Part shown: in pieces, positions 31,647-48,597 of the stretch | How the letters are laid out: every line of letters starts with the position of its first letter | Position numbering within the stretch: position 1 is the stretch's first letter | Assembly (NCBI GenBank): GCA_943704425.1 | Contig: CALSCP010001443.1 | Span: 44,299-108,298 of the forward strand | Origin: Ministeria vibrans ATCC 50519 | Lineage: Eukaryota; Protista; Filasterea | DNA: 64,000 nt | Direction: 5' to 3' | Notes under the pieces: model-generated | Told to the model about the DNA's origin: nothing | Database searches by the model: none | The model's input: the letters and a program-made list of their open reading frames with translations, nothing else | Made by a program: the position numbers and the translations under genes

Positions 31647-32182
31647 ACAATCACCCCCCGCACACGCACACGCGCGATGGGCGTACGCCAGTTCGAGCTT
31701 GTGACCGTATCCGCCGTAGAGCATGTTGAGACGCGTACTCGACGCCTGTTTAAGACCAAAAATGGTCAAGCAGTCAATGAGGATGTTGAGTCCAATGTCA
31801 AACTGAGACACTCTTTCGTCGCCGTAGTCGACGCTGTCGGTCTCGGGGTCTTCGTGAAACTCGTACTTTTGGCAGAGGCCCGCCTGCGCAGCGCAAAGAG
31901 AATGAGCCAACGCGACTTGTTTTTTCCTTCGCGACAAAAAAAGGACCTTGAGAATAGCAATGCCCTGGACGCATTTTGAGTGTTCTACAATGAACTTGAC
32001 ACCGGTGCGACTGACCACGACGGTCGCAATCTGCAAAAAGCAAAGTCAACCGAAACGCGTTCTCGACGAGCAAACGACCGACCGACCTCTTGCCACTGTA
32101 TCGCTTTCAACAGTGTCACCAACTTGGCAGCACTGTCCAACTGCAAGTTCAGTACGGCGGCTGTGTCTTGCTGTGATTCCAT
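30876..32182 (-). CDS. RAD1: 9-1-1 checkpoint clamp subunit RAD1
   Basis: LVTLLKAI, GVKFIVEHSKCVQG, LNILIDCLTIFG, YGGYGHKL, CSLRINMRGFLSLQFLI...QVSFVDF. Final exon CAPDEDE*. Confidence 0.9.
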
Positions 32183-32343
32183 GATTGAAAAGAAAGAAAA
32201 TATGAATAAGAATGAAACGAATTAAAAATTAAAACGAACGCAAATCAACGCAGTAACAAAATATTTACGGGTGCTCATAGTTCACACTGGTTTGGGTAAA
32301 CCTGTTTGCTATGCTTTGTTCCTTTTACATACTTATACATACA

Positions 32344-33358
32344 TCAGGGCTTTTTTGAAAATCCAAGATACATGGCTGCAACCGAATTCACTTGGGTGAA
32401 GGAGATGACGTTGCGCAGACGTCCCGTACGAAGAAACGTGAACAGGTCGGACCAGCTGGCATGGGCAATATCCGCGTCGGCCCCCGTAAGACCCTGTACT
32501 GGCGAGAGGCCCGCGCCAGTGAGTGCAACAGTCATTTCATCGGGTGTGATGAACATGCGATGGTCGTGAGTGTTGAGAGAAATCGCTCCTAAAGTGTATT
32601 CCAGGCCCAATATAAACTATGTGAGAAGGTAGAGTGGCGTGTTAGCGGTATATATATATAATATATATATATGTGTGTTTGTGTGTAAAGAAGCAAAAAG
32701 GCAGTTTAAGAACGCACCAGAATGTAGGAGAACCAAGTGCGGTTGATGGTGTCAAACACATACACACCGCCGGGCTTCAGCACTCGATTCACTTCTGCAA
32801 GTGCCGTTGTAAGGTCGTGCAAGTGTTCGAGTACGTCGGAGCACACAATGGCATCGAAGCTGTTGTCGTCGAAGGGAATTCGATACGCTGAGCCTTGGAC
32901 GAAGCGCGCCTTCACCTGGCGCCGCAATCCTTCGGCTCTGGCCGTCTCAAGCGAATTCTTGCTGACGTCGATCCCCGTGATGTTGTAGCCCAGCTCGGCC
33001 AGGGCAAGGGTGGCAATGCCGCCACCACAGCCGACATCGAGCAGTGACACGGCTGTGCGGTCCGTCGTGCCAAGTTCGCGCACGAGCGCCTCATCGAAAT
33101 ACGGAATGCGCGCCTCGTTCACGGAATACAGCCCGCCAATCGCGCTCGTTGGATCGTGCCACAGGCTACACGAGAGCAGTCGGTGGCGCATTCGTGGCGC
33201 AGTGTTGTCAGGAGTGCGTACTTGCCAAGGAAATCGTAATACTCATTGTCGAGCGTCGTCTTCGTCGGATCCACCTTCTGCCGATCGGGGAACGCCGCTG
33301 GTGGCACCAATATGTATGCGCAGGCTGCCAGGATACCCCAAAAGGCAAATTTCAGCAT
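32344..33358 (-). CDS. UbiG/COQ3-like SAM-dependent O-methyltransferase with an N-terminal hydrophobic anchor
   Basis: DNEYYDFLGN|LWHDP...NEARIPYF, LLDVGCGGG, SFDAIVCSDVLEH, LKPGGVYVFDTINRT, THDHRMFITP. Confidence 0.8.
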
Positions 33359-33511
33359 GAGGGCAGTGAATCAAGAGAGAGAACGAGGACTAAAAAGGTT
33401 TGAATTGTGTCAATGAAAGATCAGTCAACAGGCGTGAATAATGAATTAAATAGTAGTCATTGTAATTACTCACACACGACAGTCTGACAGTCCGCAGTGC
33501 CTGCAGCCAGG

Positions 33512-38682
<5,171 letters not shown>

Positions 38683-38810
38683 CATTAAAAATAATTTCTT
38701 ACGTTTTTTTATTACAATAGTAAAAATATAATAATAACAATAATTATAATAATAATAATAAAAATTATATTATGATAATATTGATAATAAAGAATGATAC
38801 ACAGTTTGTT

Positions 38811-41398
38811 CTAGCATTGTGGAGGCATTAGAAGCGCAAATTGATTGGTTTCAAGGAGACACACAACGAGGAGAAAGAGGATAAAAAGCGCAATGTACAC
38901 AGGCGCAACACTACGCTTGAGCAAACAATCACTCAGCGCCACTGAAAATCCCCAAAAGATGGTCTGTAGAGGAAACATCAATAAAAATTAATAATAATAA
39001 AATCAAGTGAGACGGCTTACCATTGTGAAGAGAACGAGTGGAGTATAGTAGAGGCCGGTAGAGAGGACGACAGCAGGGGATGGAAGGGCGGCATTGATGA
39101 GCCAGAGAGGCGCAATTCCGAGGGAGAGAGAGACGAGACCGGTGGCAAGATGAGATGAAATGGCAGCATCGATGGCATAGCCACGACGGACAAGGAAAAG
39201 GGCGGCGGAAATGGAGGGGAGAGAGACGGCGAGGGCGCCTGGGAGCACGCCCATGATTGACGGAGGAATACTGAGAGACGTGGAAATGGCGAGCAGCGCC
39301 AAGGTAAGAACATACGAAAGCGCCGTGACCCACGCTGTGCTTGCCACCATCGCCACGCTGATCCATCTTCCTCTACAATATTAATTATAATTGAAAACAC
39401 CGAGTTTAAGAAAAAGCGGGGGGAGGGTGTTTTTTTGTTTGTTTTGAGTGGTCATGTGTTTTTTTCGTACGATCTCCAATGAGGTCGGGTGCAGTTGGGA
39501 ATAGTGAAGGCAAAGAGAAGCGTTGCGGGAAGGAGAAGGAGCCAGAAGATAAAGCGAAGGGAGTCTGTGAGGGAAAGCGAGTAGAGCGACGACGCGTCGT
39601 AGGGCTGTGCACTTGTGTTGAGCAGTGTGACGCCCTCGCTCTTTGAGGTTCCAGTGCCAGCTAGGTCATGATCAGAGATTCTTGGGCCTTTCATGAGGAA
39701 GCGCGACACCACAAAGCGACTGTGTTCGTCAACAAACAATTCCAGGAGAATACGTTTGATGGCTGTCCAGCGGTGCACGGGACGATGGGGCGGCAGTAAC
39801 ATGTGCCACGCGATGGCCTGTGCCGTGTCGCGCACTGTGCGTCGCTCGGCTGTGAGACGTCCTTCGTCGTTGAAGCACTCGTCGTAATTCTCCAGGGTGT
39901 CTTCTCGCTCAATCATGTCCACACGCGAGTTGTCAAGTGTCTGTGCTCTGGCCGTCCCTGCTCTCGTCGATGGAGCGACACGATTGGGCTTGGTGCCGTG
40001 GTCCTCTGGCCTCTTCTTTTTGGCCTGTTTGCGTGGCGATCGTAGACGCAGGTCAGCTGCAGGACTCACAGCCTCCGATTCGACGCTGTCATACGAGCGT
40101 GAGCTGGCCGACGAGGCATTATGATCACTGATACTCTCATAGTGAGGACTTTCGATTAATTTGGTACAGCGAGGACTCTCGTAAACCACGGGTGAGGGTC
40201 GGCCGGGCACTGCATGCGCAGCCGACAATGTTCCAAGCGACAGGTCCGCACGCGACAGCTGTTGTTGTACGGCGTTGACAATGTTGTTTCGCAACGGCAA
40301 GCGGGATGCCGTCGGTGAGTGCATTGCCATGTAGACGGGCGAGGCGACAATATTGGTAAGGGGTTGCACTGAGAGCGTTGAGGGCATCTGCAACGGCGTG
40401 CTGGTGCCCACCGNNNNNNNNNNNNNNNNNNNNNNNNNNNNNNNNNNNNNNNNNNNNNNNNNNNNNNNNNNNNNNNNNNNNNNNNNNNNNNNNNNNNNNN
40501 NNNNNNNNNNNNNNNNNNNNNNNNNNNNNNNNNNNNNNNNNNNNNNNNNNNNNNNNNNNNNNNNAAATGGTGAGCCCTTGCAGTTCTCGAGCGCATACAT
40601 GGTCGTGCGCGCTTCACGAGTGCACCCGTGGGTTAGTGCAATCGATCCGAGATACGTGGGATAAACAAGAAGAAGAGGGAGACGCCAGAGCCAAGTGGTC
40701 TAAGCCGGTATGAAGGAGACGAGAGAAAAAGAAATTAATAATAATAATAAAATTATTATTATTATTATTATTGATAATCAATCAATCAACGACATCCCGC
40801 AAACGTTAACGGTCGCAATGTATTCTTCACCTCCCAAAGCAGGGCGGCCGCCAGCGCCACAAGGCTAATGCAGAGTGCAACAACATCCCGTCCAATGCGT
40901 GCAGAGAGCTCCAGGCGGTAGGAGGCCGTCGCGGCGAGGGCACACAGCGCAGGCAAGGCGAGAAATCGGAACCCGGCGGCGCCCACAGCCGTGCCCACGC
41001 CCAGGTCGACGGCGCCAGAGGCAAACATGGACACAAACAGAATGGAGAGCTCTGCGAGAGCCCCGGCAAACGCCATGACGGTCACACCACCGAAATCAAA
41101 TCCCTTTTATAAAAAATCGATCGATCGAGCGCGGAATTTGAAAAATGAAAAAAAAATGAGCAAGAGACTTTGAAAGTCAGAAAAGACGTAACAGAATGGA
41201 GCATACAAGGTTGAGACGAGTGGCGATTGCATCGGCGGCAGGCAGAAGGTAACTTTCGACGCAGAGTGTCATTGCGAGCGAAGACCACACGAAGACGACA
41301 ACGAGCCCAGCGAGCCCTGCTGCCGACGCCGTCTCCTCAGGTAGGCCCCACAGACCGCCGTTTGGGATCCATGCTGTGCAGTTTAGCGTTGTGTTCAT
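38811..41398 (-). CDS. Divergent K+-dependent Na+/Ca2+ exchanger (SLC24/NCKX)-like protein; spans an assembly gap at 40414-40564
   Basis: NCKX topology: CVESYLLPA..IATRLNL, alpha-1 GVTVMAFAGALAE..LGVGTAVG, RD, large cytosolic loop, P..LLFAFTIPNC, alpha-2 MGVLPGALAVSLPS..LVRRG, and C-terminus LETN...PPQC*. Confidence 0.75.
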
Positions 41399-41641
41399 GG
41401 CCTGCGAAGGAAAAAAAAATTGAGAATTATCCGAAATCGCCAGGTGTCACCAGTGTGGTGAAAGTCAGAAGGCAATCAGAATTCAAAGCATGCAAGACGC
41501 CAGATGTGCTCATGATCACTCACGATAGTCAAACAGTGCGTCGTTGACACACGAGTAGCGAAACTCCTTTGAGTGATTGTCCTGAGTCTTAAACTTTGAG
41601 TGAACTCTCAAATTTCAATCACTCCGTCACTCTTTTTAACA

Positions 41642-42657
41642 ATGTCGATGAAATACGTGCGATTTTTCAAGGAGCTTTGCAACAAGGACGTTCCCCTTGT
41701 AGGTGGCAAGGGTGCCAGGTGAGGGGTGGTGTGCAGACGTGTTGTGTGTTTCCTTTTGCTTCTTCTCGATTCTCGCACTCGCAACGAAACATCTCGCACT
41801 TCCCCACTTTCGTCATCTGCGCACTTTATTCAGAAAACGGTGGGTATCCCTTGACTGTGTGTGCTACTGCAGTCGCCATGCCGCCCCACTGGTTCCTGTT
41901 TCCGCTGTAGTAGTGTCATAATTCATAATTCCTGAGTCTCTTGTTTTCCTCCACACAATGCACCGTGATGCAAAGCAGTGCCAACTCCCGGTGTCTCGTT
42001 ATCCCTGCATGATGTATCACAAAGATGAGCTTTTAGCACCCGTAAACAGTAGTTCAGATGACTACGCTTTGCGTTTTTTGGTCTATTGTATTATATCACA
42101 CTAATGCAATATTAATTTTTCGTTTCCTTCAGTCTCGGCGAGATGTACGTAGAGCTTGCGTCTAAGGGTGTACGTGTACCAAACGGCTTTGCTGTGACAG
42201 CGGTTGCCTTCAAGGAGCTGATCAAGACGACGGGTGCAGAGGAGAAACTCCGCGCGGCCCTTGCAGGGGTCGATGGCAGCGACATCCACAAGTTGGAGGA
42301 GGCTGGACGCACTTGTCGCGACATTGTGTACACTGCGGGGCTCACCCCTGAGATTCGCAATGAGGTTATTCAGGCATACCGTCAGTTGGTGGAAGAGTAT
42401 GGACCGACGTTGTCAGTTGCGGTGCGGTCGTCGGCCACTGCGGAAGATTTGCCCAACGCGAGCTTTGCGGGTCAACACGACTCCTACCTCAATGTTCATG
42501 GCGAAGCAATGCTCATTGACGCTGTGGCGCGTTGCAACGCCTCGCTTTTTACCGACCGCGCTATTGCCTATCGCATCGAACACAAGTTTAATCATTTTGA
42601 GGTACGAGAGCAACAAACGACTATGTCAGCGGGTGATCATGAGTCGAAGGAGTATTT

Positions 42658-42688
<31 letters not shown>

Positions 42689-44336
42689 ATTAATAATTAT
42701 TATAATAATAATCATTAATTATTTGTTTTATTAGGTGTTCATGTCGGTGTGTGTGATGAAAATGGTGCGATCGGACCTGGCCAGCGCCGGTGTCATGTTT
42801 ACCATTGACACCGAAACGGGTCATAAGGACATTGTCTTCATCACAGGCTGTTACGGTCTCGGTGAGAACGTTGTCCAAGGACAGGCAAGAATGATGATAA
42901 TTATAAATAATTAATAGAAATAAAAGAACTTATGTATTGTAATTAACTCTGTAGGTGGACACGGATGAGTTTTACGTGCACAAACCGACGTTTATCGAGG
43001 GAAAACGGTGTGTGTTGCGACGGTCGCTGGGTCGCAAGCAAATGACCATGGTCTACACCAAAGGCTCGACGCGCTCGCCTGTGGTGAACCAGCCGACGCC
43101 GCGCGATGACCGCAAGCGCTTTTGTCTCGCCGACCAAGAGGTCCTTGAGCTTGCCGACTATGGCATCAAGATTGAAGCACACTATACGGAGCGTGCAGGC
43201 GAAAGCCGACCCATGGACATTGAGTGGGCCAAGGACGGACTCGACGGCCTACTATACATTGTGCAGGCGCGCCCCGAGACGGTGGCGAGCCAGCGGTCGA
43301 GTGTGATGCTGCACGAGGTGGCCGTGGACTCGAGCGGGCACACCCCAGTTGTGACAGGACGCGCTGTGGGAGCACAGTGTGTCACGGGTGCAGTGCGTGT
43401 GGTTAAGAATGCGAGCGAACTGTCCAACTTTCGCGCCGGGGAAATTCTTGTCTCGGACACAACCACCCCCGACTGGGGTCCTGTCATGGCCACAGCCGCT
43501 GCCATTGTGTGCAATCGTGGCGGACGCACGTGTCACGCAGCCATTGTGGCTCGCGAACTGGGCATTCCTGCTGTTGTTGGCGCTGAGACGGCAACAGTCG
43601 ATCTCAAGACAGGCGACGAAGTGAGCGATTATACTAATAATAATAATAATGATTATTCTTATTATTATTGTTAATCTTGTATTATTACGTGATGTAGGTA
43701 ACTGTGTCATGCGCCGAGGGCGATCAAGGACGTGTTTACAAGGGACGAGTTGTGTCGACGACAACAACCACGAACCTGACGTCGCTACCACGGCCACAGT
43801 TCACGGAAGTCATGGTCAATGTGGGCAATCCCGAGATTGCATTTCAGGTCAGCATGCTCCCTTGCGCTGGTGTTGGCCTTGCTCGCATGGAATTTATTAT
43901 TACCAACTACATCAAGGTGCGTAACTTAATTTTAAGAGACGTAAACGCAATGATAATAACAATCGTAATAATGAATTTGGCTAGATTCATCCGCTCGCTT
44001 TGTTGCATCCGAACGAGTACGAAACGACTATTTTTATGACGATTACTATTGACACATAATGTAGCATCAAGAACAGCGTCGAGAAGGAGCAAGTCAAGTC
44101 CTTGCTTGCGCCATATCACCAGGATGGTCGTGCCTACTTTATTGAGCGACTTGGAGAAGGCATCGGAACCATCGCCGCTGCTTTTTATCCGCGTCCCGTT
44201 GTCGTGCGTCTGTCTGATTTTAAGACAAACGAGTATGGCTCGCTGTTAGGCGGCTCTGCCTATGAGCCAAACGAAGAGGTATTTTCGATGTTATAATAAG
44301 AAAAATAACAATAGAAGATCGAGAGCTGTACGCAGA

Positions 44337-44384
<48 letters not shown>

Positions 44385-45100
44385 TTATATATAATATAAA
44401 TAATAATTCGTTTTATATAATTCCGTAGAATCCCATGTTGGGCTGGCGAGGCGCATCGCGCTATGCCCATCCGGGCTATGTGGATGGCTTTCAGCTGGAA
44501 TGCGAGGCGTTGGCCCGTGTTCGTAACGACATGGGCCTGACCAATGTGCGAGTAATGGTTCCGTTCTGCCGTCGCATCGATGAGGCGAAATTGGTAATGA
44601 ATAATAATAATATTTTATTATTATAATTATTATTGTTGTTGTGTTATACGTACGTACGTACGACAACATAGGTGCTGGAAACGATGAACAAATTTGGGTT
44701 AGGCCGGGGGGTTAACGGACTGCAGGTGTATGTCATGTGTGAGATTCCGGCCAATGTGATTTTGATTGATCGCTTTGCGGAGCTCTTTGATGGATTCTCA
44801 ATTGGCTCGAATGACTTGACGCAACTGACGTTGGGCGTGGACCGAGACAGTGAACGCGTTGCATTTGAGTTTGACGAGCGCGACCCGGCCGTCATTGAGA
44901 TGATGCGCCTCGCCGTGCAAGGGGCCAAGCGGAACAAGCGGCACTCAGGCATCTGTGGCCAGGCACCCAGCGACTACCCTGAGATTGCGACTCAGCTGGT
45001 CTCGTGGGGCATCGATTCAGTGTCTGTCACACCCGACCGTGTCCTCCAGACCATCCGCATTGTGCTTGACGCCGAAAGAGCCCTTGTCGCCAAAACTTGA
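41642..45100 (+). CDS. ppsA: Phosphoenolpyruvate synthase (pyruvate,water dikinase), prokaryotic type, 9 exons
   Basis: [41 protein letters not shown], phospho-His [48 protein letters not shown]. Exons 41642-41718, 42133-42601, 42735-42884, 42955-43620, 43698-43916, 43985-44016, 44065-44278, 44429-44593, 44672-45100. Confidence 0.95.
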
Positions 45101-45292
45101 ACGAATGAATTATTCCTGTTTGCTTTGTGTTTGGTTGTTGTTGCTGCTGAATAGCAATAAAAATATAATAATAATTATAATACTTTTTGATCCTGTAATA
45201 TTTTCCTATTGTTCTCTTAATTATTGACATTGAGTACAACACTATATTCTCTATTAACTTCTCTGATTAATAGAGTTCAGCTGTGTGAATTT

Positions 45293-47627
45293 TTACAGGG
45301 CACGCTTCTTGTTTTTGAGTAAAACATAGTCGACAAAGCGGGCTTGCTGGGAACGCAAGAAGGGCACATAGAGGGCGCGGTGGAGAGCAGGCGTAGCCTC
45401 GGGGTCGAGAAAGGATGCGGCAAAGACGCGCTCCCATTGGGCCGTGTCGGCGGCATAGCGGGGTTCTAAGGCTGTCGTGCGTGTGCGGTCGACATCCACC
45501 AAATAGTCACACTCTTCCAAGGGGGTGTAGCGGTCGCGTTCTTCGCGATTCTCGTCGTTGAAATTAAGACGGACGACGTGGGATGCTGAACGGCCTTTGA
45601 GAAAGGGCTGCGGAAGCTGAGCGCGGAATTCAGACTCGACAAAGGATAGTTGAACACTGGGCGGAAAAAGAAAATGAAACGGTGAAGAAAGCATGGAGAT
45701 GTAAGAGTTCGTACGACGCGTCGTTGGGAAGGAAAAAGGAGGAGGGAAAACGGTGCCATTCACGCCCAACGCAGAGAGTGAGAGGCGAGTCCGGAGAGAG
45801 AGTGTGCGTTGGCAGAGTGGTGCGCGCAAAGTGATCATACACATTCAGCGGTGCCCGATAGTTCTGGAGGAGGGAAAGATTGTCAGAATGAAGAGGGTGT
45901 GTTGCGTACCTCGACAAGAGCAGAGGTGCGAGAGAGCGAAAGGACGACAAAGACGGCCACACACGCCCATGAGATGTAGGCGGCGAGTCCGTTGACGCGT
46001 GCAATAGTGCGTTCCTTTGCAGCACCATCGTCACTGTGGTGAGCGGAACGACGGTAAAGAAGAAGGGCGGCGGTGCGATCAAGGGCATAGAGCGACACAG
46101 CACCGACCAGAGAGAAGAGTGGGTAGACGGTGTAAAGGAAGCGCTCTTCCTTGTGCGGCTGGTGGAAGAAAATTGCAATCCTACACACAAGGGAGAGAGT
46201 GAGAGACGCAAGAGAAAGCGGTTTAAACAGTAGATACGTACCAGACAAAGAGGGGTGTGAGAAGGACAAGGAGACGATGCGAAGTCATGTGGAACGTGTG
46301 GAGCATGACCACTTCGTAGGGAGCACGAGCGGCGAGTACCAATAGAAGCTGAAAAAAAAGGGTGAGAGAGAACTACGGAAAAAAGAGGGGGAGCGTACAA
46401 CGGAGAAGGGGGCGAAGAGAGCAAGGGGGAAGACAACGTTGTAGTTGAGGAGGCCGTTGAGGAGGTAGAAAGAGAGAGGCGCTGTGCCGTAGAGGTCGGG
46501 GCCGTTGGGAGAGAAGACGTTGTACAGAACAATGTTAAGGGGTGCGATGGTGAAGCGATTGTAGAAGAACGAGTCGATGGCGATGAGGGGAATCTGTGAA
46601 AGGGTCGGAAATCGATGAGTATGTTAAAGCGACTGCCTTTTGTTTTGTTTTTGTTTTTTGGTACGGCAATGACAAGGAGTGCAATGAAGCAGGTGCGGAC
46701 AAAGAAGAAAAAACGACGGCGCACAATGAGTTGGTCAAGAGCGAGGGGAAGGCCCACGGCTGCGGCAAAGGGCCAGGCAACGAGAGCGGCAATTGCGACG
46801 GCAAAGATGGCCATGGAAGGTCGTTGGCGCAGTTGGAAGGCAACCAGCAAGGCGGTAGTGCCAATAGTGAAGGAAGAAGGAAGAAAGCTGGAGCCGGCAA
46901 AGAACATGCCCGGACTGAAGAGTTGAAAGACAAGAAAGAACACGCCAATGGTGCTGTGGTAGAAGGAGGGCCGAAATGGATTAGAATGGAGATGGAAGTG
47001 AAGTGTGTGTGCGTGTGTGTGTAAGTATGTGTGTGTGTGTGTGTGTAAGTACGAGTATGTATGTATATATATATATGTGTGTGTGTAAGTATGTGTAAGT
47101 ATGTGTGCAAGTGGAGAAGAGGTCGCGGTTACCGATTCATGCGCTGGACAAGGCTTGTGTAGAGGGCCGCTTCGCAGAGGGCGCAGGACAAGCCGATGGC
47201 ACAGCGCACTCCGTAGAAGATGAGGTGCTTGGGGAGAGAAGGCGACGGGGTGAATAGAATGGAATGGATATGTCGGCATAGGTACTTCGTCGTCGACCAG
47301 GAAAGAGACGAGCTTGGCGACGAGGGCGTGCGGCACGAGATAAGCATACGAACGGAGGGCATACTGCGGCGAGTACTCCCACGTCTGGAAAGACTGTCCT
47401 TCGGGACGCACAAGCCAATGCATAGGTTCCCAATAGTTGAAGGTCTCGTCACAGTCGGTGACGTACGTGACGACGGCCGCCAAGAGACGCACGACGAGGA
47501 GAGCGCGAAGAGCGACGGACAATTTCGGAACGTAACTTTCGTCACGCAAAATGTCAATGATCGGACTGTGAGACTCCACGTTGCCCCGCGCAGTCACGTT
47601 TCCATCACTTGGTCCCCGGCGTTTCAT
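45293..47627 (-). CDS. ALG9: Alpha-1,2-mannosyltransferase ALG9 (GT22)
   Basis: DCDETFNYWEP.H, FQTWEYSPQYALRSY, FLPSSF, QPHKEERFLY, CVGREWHRFPSSFFLP, SEFRAQLP, CDYLVD. Confidence 0.95.
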
Positions 47628-47736
47628 TGTACAAATAAAAATAGTGATCTGCAAAGCCAAAATAAAAATGCTCAAAAGTCATAACTCATCATACAAATAT
47701 TGAATTTTCCCATTGCTGTGTCTTTGAATAGGACTA

Positions 47737-48276
47737 ATGATTGCGGGATGGACTGTTGAACAGGAAAATGACTACAGAGAAGCGGTAGAAAAGCGCAATG
47801 CGGCCTGCAGTCGCAAAAGACCTCGAAGTTCGTCCGTAAGCGAGTCCGCCCTGATGGCAGCTGCAGAAGACCGGCCACGGACGCGACGAAGTACCACTAG
47901 CGGTGTGGATGCTGGGACAGCAGAAGAAGAGTTCGACGCAGGCCGGCGTGCGTCCAGTGGAGACGCAAGAGGAGCGATCGACCGCGACAAGGATGAAGGC
48001 GCCAATTGGGTTGTCGAGTGCCGCGCCTGTGCACTTCCCTTGCTCGTGTCTGCCGCGGTGACGCATCACCGACAGTTTCATTCGAACGGACAAGCGGCTC
48101 CATCGAGAATGGAGACTCAGGTTACGCTGCAAACGCGTCAGCCGACCTGCCGTGCCCCCGTCATCAATGTGGAGACCATTCATGCTGAACGCGAAGATAT
48201 TTGTGCACGCATACGCCAGAGACGCAAAGAACTAAGTGGCGAGCACGCGAGCGTTGACGGTGCCGACATATTGTAA
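47737..48276 (+). CDS. Hypothetical protein with a possible C2H2-like motif
   Basis: 179-aa ORF divergent from ALG9, containing CRAC...HHRQFH. Confidence 0.45.
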   Translation: MIAGWTVEQENDYREAVEKRNAACSRKRPRSSSVSESALMAAAEDRPRTRRSTTSGVDAGTAEEEFDAGRRASSGDARGAIDRDKDEGANWVVECRACALPLLVSAAVTHHRQFHSNGQAAPSRMETQVTLQTRQPTCRAPVINVETIHAEREDICARIRQRRKELSGEHASVDGADIL

Positions 48277-48597
48277 AAAGTTATTGCACTCTTTGTATAA
48301 TAATAATAATAATAATAATAAGTATAATTATGAGACGTTATTCTTTGTCGCAAAGCAGTTTGCAGTCAGCATTTCAGTAGGCAGTCAACGGTCAACACTC
48401 AAACAGTGAATATGCTGATAGCTGATGCCTCGTGGCAGATTGAAAGCTTGCATTTTGATTTGAGCTCGTGGAAGAAGATGGATTATTGCTTGACTATTGT
48501 TGTTGTCGTCGACATTGTAATAGAAAAAAATAATAATAATGTTTTTATTATTAGTATGATGATGAATATTAATGTTACTTCTCTCTCCCCTTCAAAG

